Origin: Isorropodon fossajaponicum endosymbiont JTNG4
GTDB taxonomy: Bacteria > Pseudomonadota > Gammaproteobacteria > PS1 > Pseudothioglobaceae
Direction of reading: 5' to 3'
Length of the DNA: 32,000 nucleotides
Assembly: GCF_016592615.1 (NCBI RefSeq)
Contig: NZ_AP013043.1
Coordinates: 300,001 to 332,000 of the forward strand
Below the pieces are notes generated by a model. That model ran no database searches and had not been told where the DNA came from. It saw nothing but the letters and a program-made list of their open reading frames with translations. Each line of letters starts with the position of its first letter. The stretch's first letter is position 1. A program made the translations under genes and the position numbers. Positions 9,577 through 18,881 of the stretch are shown one piece after another.

Positions 9577-11105
9577 ACAATCCCCTTCATGTCTTGCAAA
9601 GTATTGTTTAACTCCGCCATAAACTGCCCGCCTTGTACGCCGTCAATCACGCGGTGGTCGTAGGATAGTGCCAGTGGTAATGTTAAAATGGGGATGAAAT
9701 TTTCACCACCCCAAACGGGTTTGAAATATGAGCGTGATACGCCTAAGATAGCCACTTCTGGCGCATTAACAATGGGCGTAAATTGCGTGCCACCAATACC
9801 ACCCAAGCTAGAAATGCTCAAACCTGCGCCTTGCATATCAGCAGGTCTTAGTTTGCCTTCTCGTGCATTTTTTGAAGTTTTAAAGATCTCTTTGGCCAAA
9901 TCAGCCAAGGATTTTTGTTCAACATCACGAATAACTGGCACAACTAAGCCTTTTGGCGTATCCATTGCAATGCCTAGGTTGAAATACTTTTTAATAATCA
10001 AGTTTTCACCTGATTCATCAAGTGAGGCATTAAAACGTGGGTGGTTTTTTAACGTTTGAACCAGTGCTTTCATGATAAAAACTAGGGGAGTGAGCTTAAC
10101 ACCGTTGGCTTTTTGTTCTTGTCGGTACGCCTCCATTTGATTAATATTGACTTCATCAAATTGGGTAACGTGAGGGATGTTTAGCCAGCAGGCGGTTAAG
10201 TGTTTGCCTGATAATTTATTAATTCTGGATAGTGCCAGTGTTTCAGTGTCGCCAAATTTAGAAAAATCAATCACTGGTGTTTTAGGAATAGCACCGCCTA
10301 AATTGCCAGAGGTCATTAGCTGTTTAACATAGCCTTTAAGGTCAGCATCTAAAATTCTACCTTTTTGCCCTGTACCAGTGACAGATGATAAATCAACACC
10401 CAGCTCTCTAGCCAGTTTACGAATAGAAGGTGAGGCGTGTGAATTGCCTTTGGGTAACGTTGAGATTGCTTGATTAACGTTTGTTGTGATGGGTGTTGGT
10501 GTACTAGGGGTTGGCGCTGGTGCGGGTGCGTGGCTTTGTGTTTTAGTTTCGATAGGTGTTTCGGGTGCTTTCTCTACACCTGTACTTTCAATGTTAAGAA
10601 TTAACGTACCTAAAGAGATTTTATCGCCTAGTGCAACATTAATATCAATGACCTTACCTGCAACTGGTGTTGGGATTTCCATCGAAGCTTTATCGCTTTC
10701 TAAAGTGACTATACTGTCCTCTATAGATAGCTCATCACCTGCGCTGACTAAAATTTCAATCACTTCAACTTCATCAAAATCACCAATATCAGGCACAACA
10801 ACGGGCACGATTTGTGGCTCAGAATGTTCAGTTTTGGTGCTTTGGCTCGTGTTTTGAAGGTCATCTTCACTTTCAGCGCTCAAAATGACATCACCTTGTT
10901 TAATTTTGTCGCCAATATTGACGTTAATTTTTGTGACAATACCTGCGAAAGGGCTTGGAATTTCCATAGAGGTCTTGTCGCTTTCTAGAGTAATTATGCT
11001 GTCATCAGCGCTTATCTTGTCGCCAATATTCACTAAAATCTCAATTACTTCAACTTCATCAAAATCACCAATATCAGGCAATGTTATATTTTTTATGCTT
11101 GTCAT
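9573..11105 (-). CDS. aceF: Dihydrolipoamide acetyltransferase (E2) with two lipoyl domains
   Basis: Two lipoyl domains (LESDKTSMEIP and LESDKASMEIP), an E3-binding domain (SPSIRKLARELGVDL) and a catalytic DHRVIDG motif. The track ORF starts at a TTG at 11129; I prefer the ATG at 11105 (MTSIKNITLPDIGD). ATGA overlap with lpdA. Confidence 0.9.
   Translation of the reverse strand: MTSIKNITLPDIGDFDEVEVIEILVNIGDKISADDSIITLESDKTSMEIPSPFAGIVTKINVNIGDKIKQGDVILSAESEDDLQNTSQSTKTEHSEPQIVPVVVPDIGDFDEVEVIEILVSAGDELSIEDSIVTLESDKASMEIPTPVAGKVIDINVALGDKISLGTLILNIESTGVEKAPETPIETKTQSHAPAPAPTPSTPTPITTNVNQAISTLPKGNSHASPSIRKLARELGVDLSSVTGTGQKGRILDADLKGYVKQLMTSGNLGGAIPKTPVIDFSKFGDTETLALSRINKLSGKHLTACWLNIPHVTQFDEVNINQMEAYRQEQKANGVKLTPLVFIMKALVQTLKNHPRFNASLDESGENLIIKKYFNLGIAMDTPKGLVVPVIRDVEQKSLADLAKEIFKTSKNAREGKLRPADMQGAGLSISSLGGIGGTQFTPIVNAPEVAILGVSRSYFKPVWGGENFIPILTLPLALSYDHRVIDGVQGGQFMAELNNTLQDMKGIV
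10762..10795. repeat. Copy 1 of a 34-bp exact direct repeat inside aceF (lipoyl domain 2)
   Basis: The string acttcaacttcatcaaaatcaccaatatcaggca also occurs at 11048-11081. The flanks extend the match to about 49 bp with 2 mismatches. It encodes PDIGDFDEVEVIEILV. Confidence 0.9.
11048..11081. repeat. Copy 2 of the 34-bp exact direct repeat inside aceF (lipoyl domain 1)
   Basis: Identical 34-mer to 10762-10795. Confidence 0.9.
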
Positions 11106-11228
11106 ATGTTTTACATGTTTAGAAAACAATTTAAAGCAGGTAATTATCGCAAAAATAGCTAATAAAAGGGGATAAATGTTAAAATGTTTTGATTTTTTAT
11201 TCTATTTTCTTTATAGGTTATATTCATT

Positions 11229-12146
11229 ATGTCGGCTGCACTACTCATTCAAGGTTTAAAAAAAACCTATGCCAATCAATTGGAAGCACTAAAAGGCATT
11301 GATCTTCGCGTTGAAAAGGGTGATTTTTTTGCACTACTGGGTAGTAATGGCGCAGGAAAAACAACAGTTATTGGTATTATTTGCGGGCTGCTTAATAAAA
11401 CTTCAGGCAATATTGAGGTATTGGGCTTTAATCAAAACAGCCATGCCAATCAGGTGAAAAAATTGATTGGATTAATGCCACAGGAATTTAACTTTAATCC
11501 TTTTGAACCTATTGAGGAAATTTTGATTAATCAGGCGGGTTATTATGGCATTGCCAAGTCAAAAGCTAAAATTCAAGCTGAGATTTTACTCAAGGAGGTG
11601 GAGCTCTGGGATAAGCGTTTTGATATGGCCATATCATTATCAGGCGGTATGAAGCGTCGTTTGATGTTGGCAAGGGCGCTTATTCATCAACCTAAAATAT
11701 TAATTCTTGATGAGCCTACTGCAGGTGTTGATGTTGAGATACGTCGCTCAATGTGGCGTTTTTTGAGCAGGTTGAATCATCAAGGTATGACCATTATTTT
11801 AACCACGCATTATCTTGAAGAGGCTGAGTCGCTTTGTCGTAATATCGCCATTCTAAATGAGGGCGAAGTCATTAAGCAAACTAGTATGAAGGCGTTGTTG
11901 TCACAGGTTGACCAACAGGTACTGATTTTGGAAAGCTCAACAAAACTACCTCAAACAATAGTAACTGATAATTTTAAATGCGAACGCTTAGATGATTATT
12001 CATTACAAGTTACATTAGGATCAAATGTTAACATTACTAATGTATTGCAAAATTTGAGCATGCAGGGTGTTAATGTGGACCATGTTCGTAGTACGCAAAA
12101 TCGTTTAGAAACCTTATTTTTATGTCTAACCAACAAGGAGAGGTAA
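11229..12146 (+). CDS. ABC transporter ATP-binding protein (ABC-2 / YadG-like)
   Basis: 305 aa. Walker A GSNGAGKTT, signature LSGGMKRR, Walker B ILILDEP. Divergent from aceF. Confidence 0.9.
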   Translation: MSAALLIQGLKKTYANQLEALKGIDLRVEKGDFFALLGSNGAGKTTVIGIICGLLNKTSGNIEVLGFNQNSHANQVKKLIGLMPQEFNFNPFEPIEEILINQAGYYGIAKSKAKIQAEILLKEVELWDKRFDMAISLSGGMKRRLMLARALIHQPKILILDEPTAGVDVEIRRSMWRFLSRLNHQGMTIILTTHYLEEAESLCRNIAILNEGEVIKQTSMKALLSQVDQQVLILESSTKLPQTIVTDNFKCERLDDYSLQVTLGSNVNITNVLQNLSMQGVNVDHVRSTQNRLETLFLCLTNKER

Positions 12147-12904
12147 TGTGGATTGCTTATAAAACCATTGTTGTTAAGGAGATTCTAAGATTCTCTCGCA
12201 TTTGGGTGCAAACTATTTTTCCACCCATCATTACCACGTCATTATATTTGTTGATTTTCGGCGGTTTGATGGGTGAGCGCATTGGCGATATGCAAGGTGT
12301 GGATTATTTGCATTATATTATTCCTGGTGTGATTTTGATGACCGTTATTACCAATTCTTATGCCAATACAGTGGCATCGTTTTTTCTAGCAAAATTTAAC
12401 CATAGCGTTAAGGAGTTGTTAGTTGCGCCTGTGCCTTATTGGATTATTTTACTAGGGTATGTTTCTGGTGGCGTGGCACGCGGTTTTGCAGTCGGATTGG
12501 GCGTTTTTATTGCTGTGTGGTTTTTTATTGATTTTGAAGTAGACAGTATGCTTATCGTGTTAATTACCTTTTTACTCACGTCAGTCCTATTTTCATTGGC
12601 AGGGTTTATTAATGCTATATTTGCCCAATCGTTTGATGACATCTCTATTGTTCCAACTTTCATTTTGATGCCCATGACTTATCTTGGTGGTATGTTTTAT
12701 AGTGTGGAAATATTGCCACAATTTTGGCAGGATATGTCTAAATTCAACCCAATTTATTATATGGTTGATAGTTTTAGATTAGGGTTTTTGGGTATTAGCA
12801 CTTCTGAGTTTTGGGTGTCAATTTTAGTTTTATTAAGCATGATTGCTGTATTAGCGATACTTGCTTTTTACCTACTTAAAAAAGGTGTAAATATCAAGAC
12901 TTAG
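12146..12904 (+). CDS. ABC-2 type transporter permease (YadH-like)
   Basis: Six predicted TM segments. The ATG at 12146 overlaps the ATPase stop (TAATG) and is preceded by AAGGAGAGG. The track start at 12122 is probably too far upstream. Confidence 0.85.
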   Translation: MWIAYKTIVVKEILRFSRIWVQTIFPPIITTSLYLLIFGGLMGERIGDMQGVDYLHYIIPGVILMTVITNSYANTVASFFLAKFNHSVKELLVAPVPYWIILLGYVSGGVARGFAVGLGVFIAVWFFIDFEVDSMLIVLITFLLTSVLFSLAGFINAIFAQSFDDISIVPTFILMPMTYLGGMFYSVEILPQFWQDMSKFNPIYYMVDSFRLGFLGISTSEFWVSILVLLSMIAVLAILAFYLLKKGVNIKT

Positions 12905-12968
12905 TTGTAATTTTAGAAAGAAAATTATTAAAGACATAATGCCAGTCTATGACTAGCGAAAAGCGGAA

Positions 12969-13220
12969 TTATTTTAAAGATTTCTTCTTCTTTGCTTTTT
13001 TCACTTTCTTTTTAGAAAAGTGTTCTATTTTCTTATCGTTATCTTTTTTATTTTTTTCAATTTTTTTGACTAACTTTTTATGCTGTGCATCCAGCTCTTT
13101 TTTCAATTTTTCTATTTTATTAACAGCTTTTTGAGCTTTTTCAGTCGCAATTAAAGCTTCAATTTCTGCCTTTCTGGCAATTTGTATAGCGGCTTTCAGT
13201 TGTTTTTTTTTATCTGACAT
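12969..13220 (-). CDS. Small lysine-rich, predicted helical/coiled-coil protein, translationally coupled to ppk2
   Basis: 83 aa, about 30 of them lysine by my hand count. Its ATG overlaps the ppk2 TAA (TAATG at 13218-13222). A strong AAGGAGG lies 7 nt upstream of the ATG. No family recognised. Confidence 0.65.
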   Translation of the reverse strand: MSDKKKQLKAAIQIARKAEIEALIATEKAQKAVNKIEKLKKELDAQHKKLVKKIEKNKKDNDKKIEHFSKKKVKKAKKKKSLK

Positions 13221-14131
13221 TAGATGTCCTCCTTATTTTTATATAAATTACTTACACTTCCAATAATTTTTGAGTCAGGTTCGAAAACTATTTTAGCATC
13301 TTTGTTAAGATAATCTAGATGATAAAGAAAGTGCCTAATACAATTGATTCTTGCACGTTTTTTATCATCTGACTTTACAACAATCCAAGGCGAATCAGCA
13401 GTATTGGTATAAAAGAACATGTCTTTTCTGGCTTTGGTATATTGTTCCCACTTGGTTAATGATTGTAAGTCTATTTCACTTAGTTTCCATCTTTTTAAAG
13501 GGTCATTTTTACGTAGATGAAAGCGCCTTAATTGTTCCTGACGACTGACAGAGAACCAATATTTAGAAAGTATAAAGTCGTCATTAACCAACATGCGTTC
13601 TAATAAAGGTGCTTGCCGCATAAATTCAAGATATTCTGAGTTTTTACAAAAGCCCATAACACGTTCTACGCCGGCTCTATTATACCAAGACCGGTCAAAC
13701 AGCACCATTTCTCCATTAGTGGGAAAGTGCTTAATATAGCGCTGAAAATACCATTGTCCTAATTCTACTCTTGATGGTTTTTCTAGCGCAATAACACGTG
13801 CGGCACGTGGATTGAGATGTTCCATAAAGCGTTTAGTTGTACCACCTTTGCCAGCTGCATCGCGACCTTCAAACAATAAGATAATCCTTTTGTTATGATT
13901 TTTAATCCAATCTTGCGCTTTTAGTAGTTCAGTTTGTAATAAATACTTTTCACTTTCGTACTCCTCGACACCCATCTTTTTAGCGTAAGGATAATCGCCT
14001 GCTATTTTTGATAAGCTTAACAATGCATTGCCAGACATGACATGGCTTTTATGCATAACATACTTATTATCTTGTAATTTTTTTATCTTATTTTTAGCAT
14101 CTTTCTTGCTAAACTTTTTTCTGATTGACAT
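13220..14131 (-). CDS. ppk2: Polyphosphate kinase 2
   Basis: PPK2 P-loop FEGRDAAGKGGTTKR, FDRSWYNRAGVE and a lid region. I prefer the ATG at 14131 (MSIRKKFSKKD) over the track's upstream non-ATG start at 14167. Confidence 0.9.
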   Translation of the reverse strand: MSIRKKFSKKDAKNKIKKLQDNKYVMHKSHVMSGNALLSLSKIAGDYPYAKKMGVEEYESEKYLLQTELLKAQDWIKNHNKRIILLFEGRDAAGKGGTTKRFMEHLNPRAARVIALEKPSRVELGQWYFQRYIKHFPTNGEMVLFDRSWYNRAGVERVMGFCKNSEYLEFMRQAPLLERMLVNDDFILSKYWFSVSRQEQLRRFHLRKNDPLKRWKLSEIDLQSLTKWEQYTKARKDMFFYTNTADSPWIVVKSDDKKRARINCIRHFLYHLDYLNKDAKIVFEPDSKIIGSVSNLYKNKEDI

Positions 14132-14249
14132 AACTATTGCGACGTTTAAATTAAATAATTGTAACAAAATCTATATATTCTAATATTATACATTCATAAT
14201 GAATGCACTATTTTATTTGTTTTAATGGGCGGGTTCTGAGTTTTAAGCG

Positions 14250-14843
14250 CTAACTTATTTTATTTTCTTGGTTGTTGAGCAGCCTTTTAATATTACTTTG
14301 ATGGGTGTAAAAAATCCACAGACAGATTAAGGTAATGACATAAGTAGAGGCTAAATTATCAGTAATTAGATAAAAATAAACTGGCGTGAGCGCGGTAGCA
14401 ATTAGTGCCGAAAGTGATGAAATTTTTAGTACTTTTGCCATAAAAACCCAAGTAATTATAAAGCCAAACCCAGTAAGATAACTGAGAGCAAATAAAGCAC
14501 CCAAAAAAGTCGCAACCCCTTTTCCGCCTTTAAAGCCAAAGAAAATGGGATATACATGACCTAAAAATGCCGCCAAAACAACCCAAGTAACATCAAGCAT
14601 GTTAAAGTCTAGGTAGTAGGCGATTAATACTGGAATTGCACCTTTGAGCCCATCGCCAATGAGTGTGATTGCAGTTGCTTTTTTACCGCCAATGCGCAAT
14701 ACATTAGTTGCGCCTGGGTTGTTTGACCCTTGAGTTCTAGGGTCGGGCAGATTAAGCATCTTACAAACAATAATTGCTGTTGAAATTGAGCCGATTAGAT
14801 AACTAAGGAGAATAAGAATGGTAAAGGGTAACTCAGGTAACAT
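14250..14843 (-). CDS. plsY: Glycerol-3-phosphate acyltransferase PlsY
   Basis: 197 aa multi-TM protein with GSISTAIIV and GSNNPGATNVLR motifs. Confidence 0.93.
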   Translation of the reverse strand: MLPELPFTILILLSYLIGSISTAIIVCKMLNLPDPRTQGSNNPGATNVLRIGGKKATAITLIGDGLKGAIPVLIAYYLDFNMLDVTWVVLAAFLGHVYPIFFGFKGGKGVATFLGALFALSYLTGFGFIITWVFMAKVLKISSLSALIATALTPVYFYLITDNLASTYVITLICLWIFYTHQSNIKRLLNNQENKIS

Positions 14844-14896
14844 AATGCTTTTTTGGTTTAATTGAATGAGTAATTTTAGTTGCTCAAAATGTTACT

Positions 14897-15250
14897 GTGG
14901 ATATTGTATTTATACAAGGATTAAAAATTGATACCGTTATTGGTATTTACGATTGGGAGCGAAAAATTCGTCAAGATATTGTACTAGATATTGAAATGTC
15001 AGCTGATATTAAAGCGGCTAGTGAAACTGATCATATTGACCAAGCGCTGGACTATAAGGCGGTGTCAAGGCGTTTGATTGATTTTGTGCAAAATAGTGAG
15101 TTCCGGTTAGTTGAGACCTTGGCAGAAAAAATTACTCAAATTGTATTGGAAGAGTTTGGAGTTACTTGGATAAAACTCACCTTGAATAAAGGCGAAGTAT
15201 TGACAGGTGCACAAGGTGTAGGTGTTATTATTGAGCGCAGTAATGGCTAA
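14897..15250 (+). CDS. folB: Dihydroneopterin aldolase
   Basis: 117 aa reading IFIQGLKIDTVIGIYDWER...DYKAV, typical of FolB. GTG start. Followed by folK. Confidence 0.9.
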   Translation: MDIVFIQGLKIDTVIGIYDWERKIRQDIVLDIEMSADIKAASETDHIDQALDYKAVSRRLIDFVQNSEFRLVETLAEKITQIVLEEFGVTWIKLTLNKGEVLTGAQGVGVIIERSNG

Positions 15251-15725
15251 TATTCACATCAATATCGGCTCAAATCAAAACCGTAGGGAAAATTTATCTA
15301 AGGCCATTGACATTATTAAAGTGACATTTGAAAACACGGTTTTTTCTAGAGTTTATGAATCTAAAGCCTTTGGTTTTGAAGGTGATGATTTTTATAATAT
15401 TGGTATTAACGCAACGACTAATTTAACAATTTCTGAAGTGGTCAGTGTTTTACATAAAATTGAAAATAATCTTGGTAGGGATAGGCGTTCGCCAAAATTT
15501 TCATCACGCTCAATTGACCTTGATTTAACCTTGTATGATACGGTTTTTGATAAAAGCCACAATCTACCAAGAGATGATATTTTGAAATATAACTTTGTGC
15601 TTATGCCATTGGCAGAATTAAGCCCAAATCTAACTCATCCACAGCAACACCAAACTTATACGCAGTTACGTGCAACTATGGATGAGTTAAAATCGTATAA
15701 TATTGAAATCTTAAACAAGGAATAA
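15243..15725 (+). CDS. folK: 2-amino-4-hydroxy-6-hydroxymethyldihydropteridine pyrophosphokinase
   Basis: HPPK pattern (INIGSNQNR..., RSIDLDL, PHP). The ATG at 15243 overlaps the end of folB; the track start at 15222 is probably spurious. Confidence 0.88.
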   Translation: MANIHINIGSNQNRRENLSKAIDIIKVTFENTVFSRVYESKAFGFEGDDFYNIGINATTNLTISEVVSVLHKIENNLGRDRRSPKFSSRSIDLDLTLYDTVFDKSHNLPRDDILKYNFVLMPLAELSPNLTHPQQHQTYTQLRATMDELKSYNIEILNKE

Positions 15726-15727
15726 CC

Positions 15728-16345
15728 ATGAAAAAGACACTATTCGCTCTGCTGATTATATTTTCTAGTTTTGTATTTTCGCAGAATTATGAAGCTGGTA
15801 TAGATTACATAGTGCTTGATAAGCCAGTCAAAACTACCACTGGCGATAAAATTGAAGTGCGTGAGTTATTTTGGTACTATTGTCTACATTGCTATAATCT
15901 TGAGCCTCTGATAAATGGTTGGCTTAAAACCAAGCCTAGTAATGTTGAGTTTGTACGTCAACCAGCGATGTTTTCTAAGCGTCGGTTAAATGGGGCGATT
16001 TTTTACTTTGTATTAGAAGAATTAAACCTAGTTGAAAAATTGCATGAAGTGTTATTTAATGCAATCCACGCAAAGAATAAACGCTTTAACTCTAAAGAGA
16101 GTTTTGTTGATTGGGTAGCAAGTTTTGGTATTGATAAAAACAAGGTAGAAAAAGCATTCGATTCCTTTAGTGTGAAAATTAAAGTCAATAAATCTGAGTT
16201 AAGTACACTTAAATATAAGATTACTGGCGTGCCAGTTATGATTATTAATGGTAAGTATTTAACTGATGCCACCCATGCAGGTTCACATACTGATATGCTA
16301 AAAGTGGTGGATTTCTTAATCAAAAAAGAAAGCAAACTTGAATGA
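15728..16345 (+). CDS. dsbA: Thiol:disulfide interchange protein DsbA family
   Basis: Signal peptide [18 protein letters not shown], a thioredoxin fold with [13 protein letters not shown], and a cis-Pro loop TGVP. The active site reads CLHC rather than CPHC. Confidence 0.85.
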   Translation: MKKTLFALLIIFSSFVFSQNYEAGIDYIVLDKPVKTTTGDKIEVRELFWYYCLHCYNLEPLINGWLKTKPSNVEFVRQPAMFSKRRLNGAIFYFVLEELNLVEKLHEVLFNAIHAKNKRFNSKESFVDWVASFGIDKNKVEKAFDSFSVKIKVNKSELSTLKYKITGVPVMIINGKYLTDATHAGSHTDMLKVVDFLIKKESKLE

Positions 16346-17090
16346 TACAGTTTTAGTTTTATCAGGACTTGACCCTTGTGGTGGTGCAGGGTTAGTTGCT
16401 GATATTGAAAGCATCAATCAATTTGGCGTAACACCACTTGTTATTACTACTAATCTTACTGTACAAAACACAGCATCAGTTGAAAGTTTGGTTGAAGTGG
16501 ATTGTGATTTGATTATTAAGCAATTTAAGCATTTACAAGCTGATGTTGATTTTGAAGTGGTGAAAATTGGCTTATTATCCTCAATTAAGCAAATTAAAAC
16601 CATTGCTAAGTTAGTTAAAAATAAAACCATCATTCTTGACCCAATTGTGAAGTCCAGTAGTGATTATGATTTTTTAGATTTTGCTTTAATTGATGCTTTA
16701 AAACAACAATTGTTGCCACTGGCAAAAGTTATCACACCTAATTTGGCAGAATTACAAATCTTGGCAGATGAGCAAGATGAACAAAAAGCCATTAAAAAAC
16801 TCTTTTGTAATTGGATTTTACTCACCAAAACTGATTCATTTGATAAGGTGATTGAGCATTGCTTGTATCACCACGGAACACTCACTCAAAGTTTTGTCTA
16901 TCAAAAGCTACCAGGTAATTATCACGGCTCTGGTTGCACACTTTCAAGTGCAATAAGCGCATTAATTGCATCGGGTTTGGGTATTGAAATTGCTTGCAAG
17001 CGTGCATTGGACTATACCTATCAAACTTTATTAAATGCCAAAAGTATCGGTAAAATGCAATATCATCCCAACCGACAATCGCCATCATGA
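16338..17090 (+). CDS. thiD: Hydroxymethylpyrimidine / phosphomethylpyrimidine kinase
   Basis: 250 aa with [14 protein letters not shown] and [15 protein letters not shown] motifs of the ribokinase-like ThiD family. TTG start overlapping the end of dsbA. Confidence 0.85.
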   Translation: MNDTVLVLSGLDPCGGAGLVADIESINQFGVTPLVITTNLTVQNTASVESLVEVDCDLIIKQFKHLQADVDFEVVKIGLLSSIKQIKTIAKLVKNKTIILDPIVKSSSDYDFLDFALIDALKQQLLPLAKVITPNLAELQILADEQDEQKAIKKLFCNWILLTKTDSFDKVIEHCLYHHGTLTQSFVYQKLPGNYHGSGCTLSSAISALIASGLGIEIACKRALDYTYQTLLNAKSIGKMQYHPNRQSPS

Positions 17091-18148
17091 GTTTTATTAA
17101 CAACTGGCTACGCCCTGATATTAAAGCAATTAATGCCTATCATGTACCTCCTTCTGATGATATGGTGAAGTTGGATGCGATGGAGTCGCCATTTCCCTTG
17201 CCAGATGCGTTAATTGGGCAGTATTTGGCGTATTTGGCAGGTGTACAACTAAACCGTTATCCTAGTGCCAGTGCCAACGAGTTGCAACAAACTTTGCGTG
17301 AGTTAATGGATATTCCTGATGAGTTTGGCGTGTTGCTGGGTAATGGCTCGGATGAGCTGATTCAACTATTGGCATTGGCATGTGATACGGGGGACACCAT
17401 TCTAAGCATTGAGCCAAGTTTTGTCATGTACGGAATGATTGCAAAATTTACACGGCTTAATTATCAAAGTGTTGCATTAACGAATAATTTTGAGATTGAC
17501 GCTGATGCCATGCAAAGAGCGGTAGAAACTCACAATCCTAAGTTAATTTTTATCGCCTATCCAAACAACCCAACAGGTAATGCGTTTGATAGAACAGTTA
17601 TCGAGACAATTATTACTTCAACCAATGCTTTGGTGGTGCTTGATGAGGCGTATTATGCCTATGCCGATAACAGTTTCTTGCTAGATATCAATAAATATCC
17701 AAATCTAGTACTGCTTAGAACCGTGTCAAAAATCGGTTTTGCTGGCTTGCGCATAGGTTTGTTAATTGGTACACAGGACATGGTGACAGCACTAGACAAA
17801 CTACGCCTGCCTTACAATATCAATATGCTCACGCAGGTGAGTGCGAATTTTCTTCTCAAAGAAAAAGATGAAATCAACAAGAACGCACAAATTATCCTCA
17901 AAGAACGCACTGAGTTGTCATCCACGCTCGGTGCAATTAGTGGCTTGCAAGTCTACCCATCACAAGCTAACTTTATTTTATTCAAAGCACCCAATGCCCA
18001 TCTTTTGTTCGAGTTTTTAAAAGCGAATGGTGTGCTAATTAAAGATTTAAGCACTGCCCCAGCATTAACAGATTGCTTGCGCGTTACCATTGGCACGCAA
18101 ACACAAAATCAAACCTTTATCAACCTTGTAAAACGCTTCTATGATTGA
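17087..18148 (+). CDS. hisC: Histidinol-phosphate aminotransferase
   Basis: 353 aa class-II aminotransferase. NPTGN, the PLP-lysine context RTVSKIGFAGLRIG, and a LRVTIG tail. ATGA overlap with thiD. Confidence 0.9.
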   Translation: MSFINNWLRPDIKAINAYHVPPSDDMVKLDAMESPFPLPDALIGQYLAYLAGVQLNRYPSASANELQQTLRELMDIPDEFGVLLGNGSDELIQLLALACDTGDTILSIEPSFVMYGMIAKFTRLNYQSVALTNNFEIDADAMQRAVETHNPKLIFIAYPNNPTGNAFDRTVIETIITSTNALVVLDEAYYAYADNSFLLDINKYPNLVLLRTVSKIGFAGLRIGLLIGTQDMVTALDKLRLPYNINMLTQVSANFLLKEKDEINKNAQIILKERTELSSTLGAISGLQVYPSQANFILFKAPNAHLLFEFLKANGVLIKDLSTAPALTDCLRVTIGTQTQNQTFINLVKRFYD

Positions 18149-18881
18149 AAACAAAACCTTATCCGCATACTGCCATGACTATCTTAATGTAGACACGTTT
18201 AATGATTATTGCCCCAATGGTCTACAAATTGAAGGCAAGCCTAATATTGATAAAATCATCTCAGGCGTGAGTGCTAATCAAGATTTGATCGATAGAGCGA
18301 TTGATGAAGGGGTGGATGCGCTGTTTGTCCACCATGGATTTTTTTGGAAAAATGAAAACTTAGCTATAACGGGCATCAAAAAAAACCGCATTAAAGCACT
18401 ATTAGATCACGATATTAATTTATTCGCCTACCACCTGCCACTCGATGCCCATCTAAAAGTTGGCAACAATGCCCAACTCGCCCAACGCTTTGGCATTAAA
18501 AACCCTGCCCCAATTGGTGATACGCTAGTCTGGCAAGGGGAGGTTGACACCACGCTAGGCAGTTTTTCCAATACCATCAAACAAGCCCTGAACCGTACAC
18601 CGTTAGTTTTTGGCGCGGATGATAAAATATTAAAACGCATCGCATGGTGTAGTGGCGGTGCACAAACTTATATTGACCATGCCATTAACATTAACGCTGA
18701 TTGTTTTATAACGGGTGAAGTATCAGAACAAATCCCCGCTATCGCTAAAGAAAATAACATCGCCTTCATTTCTGCTGGACACCATGCCACCGAACGTTAT
18801 GGTGTGCAAGTCTTATGCCAACATTTGAGCCAAAAATTTGGGCTTAAACATCAATTTATTGATATTGATAATATTGTATAA
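18141..18881 (+). CDS. Nif3-like dinuclear metal centre protein (YbgI family)
   Basis: 246 aa with HHGFFW, AYHLPLDAH and GHHATE metal-ligand motifs. Overlaps the end of hisC by 8 nt. Confidence 0.9.
   Translation: MIENKTLSAYCHDYLNVDTFNDYCPNGLQIEGKPNIDKIISGVSANQDLIDRAIDEGVDALFVHHGFFWKNENLAITGIKKNRIKALLDHDINLFAYHLPLDAHLKVGNNAQLAQRFGIKNPAPIGDTLVWQGEVDTTLGSFSNTIKQALNRTPLVFGADDKILKRIAWCSGGAQTYIDHAININADCFITGEVSEQIPAIAKENNIAFISAGHHATERYGVQVLCQHLSQKFGLKHQFIDIDNIV

Noticed and set aside
12941-12957. Imperfect hairpin GCCAGTC-TAT-GACTAGC between the convergent ABC permease and the lysine-rich ORF
   Set aside because: It is a 7-bp stem with a mismatch and no adjacent U tract on either strand, so it is not supportable as a terminator.
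12949-13134. 61-aa plus-strand ORF rich in Phe/Leu/Ser
   Set aside because: It is the antisense shadow of the lysine-rich (AAA/AAG) minus-strand ORF. The minus-strand ORF has the strong SD and the TAATG coupling to ppk2.
14191-14205. 7-bp inverted repeat CATTCAT-A-ATGAATG about 60 nt upstream of ppk2, as a possible operator or plsY terminator
   Set aside because: It is short and AT-rich, in DNA where such palindromes arise by chance. No flanking T run makes it a terminator, and it does not match the Pho or Fur box patterns I know.
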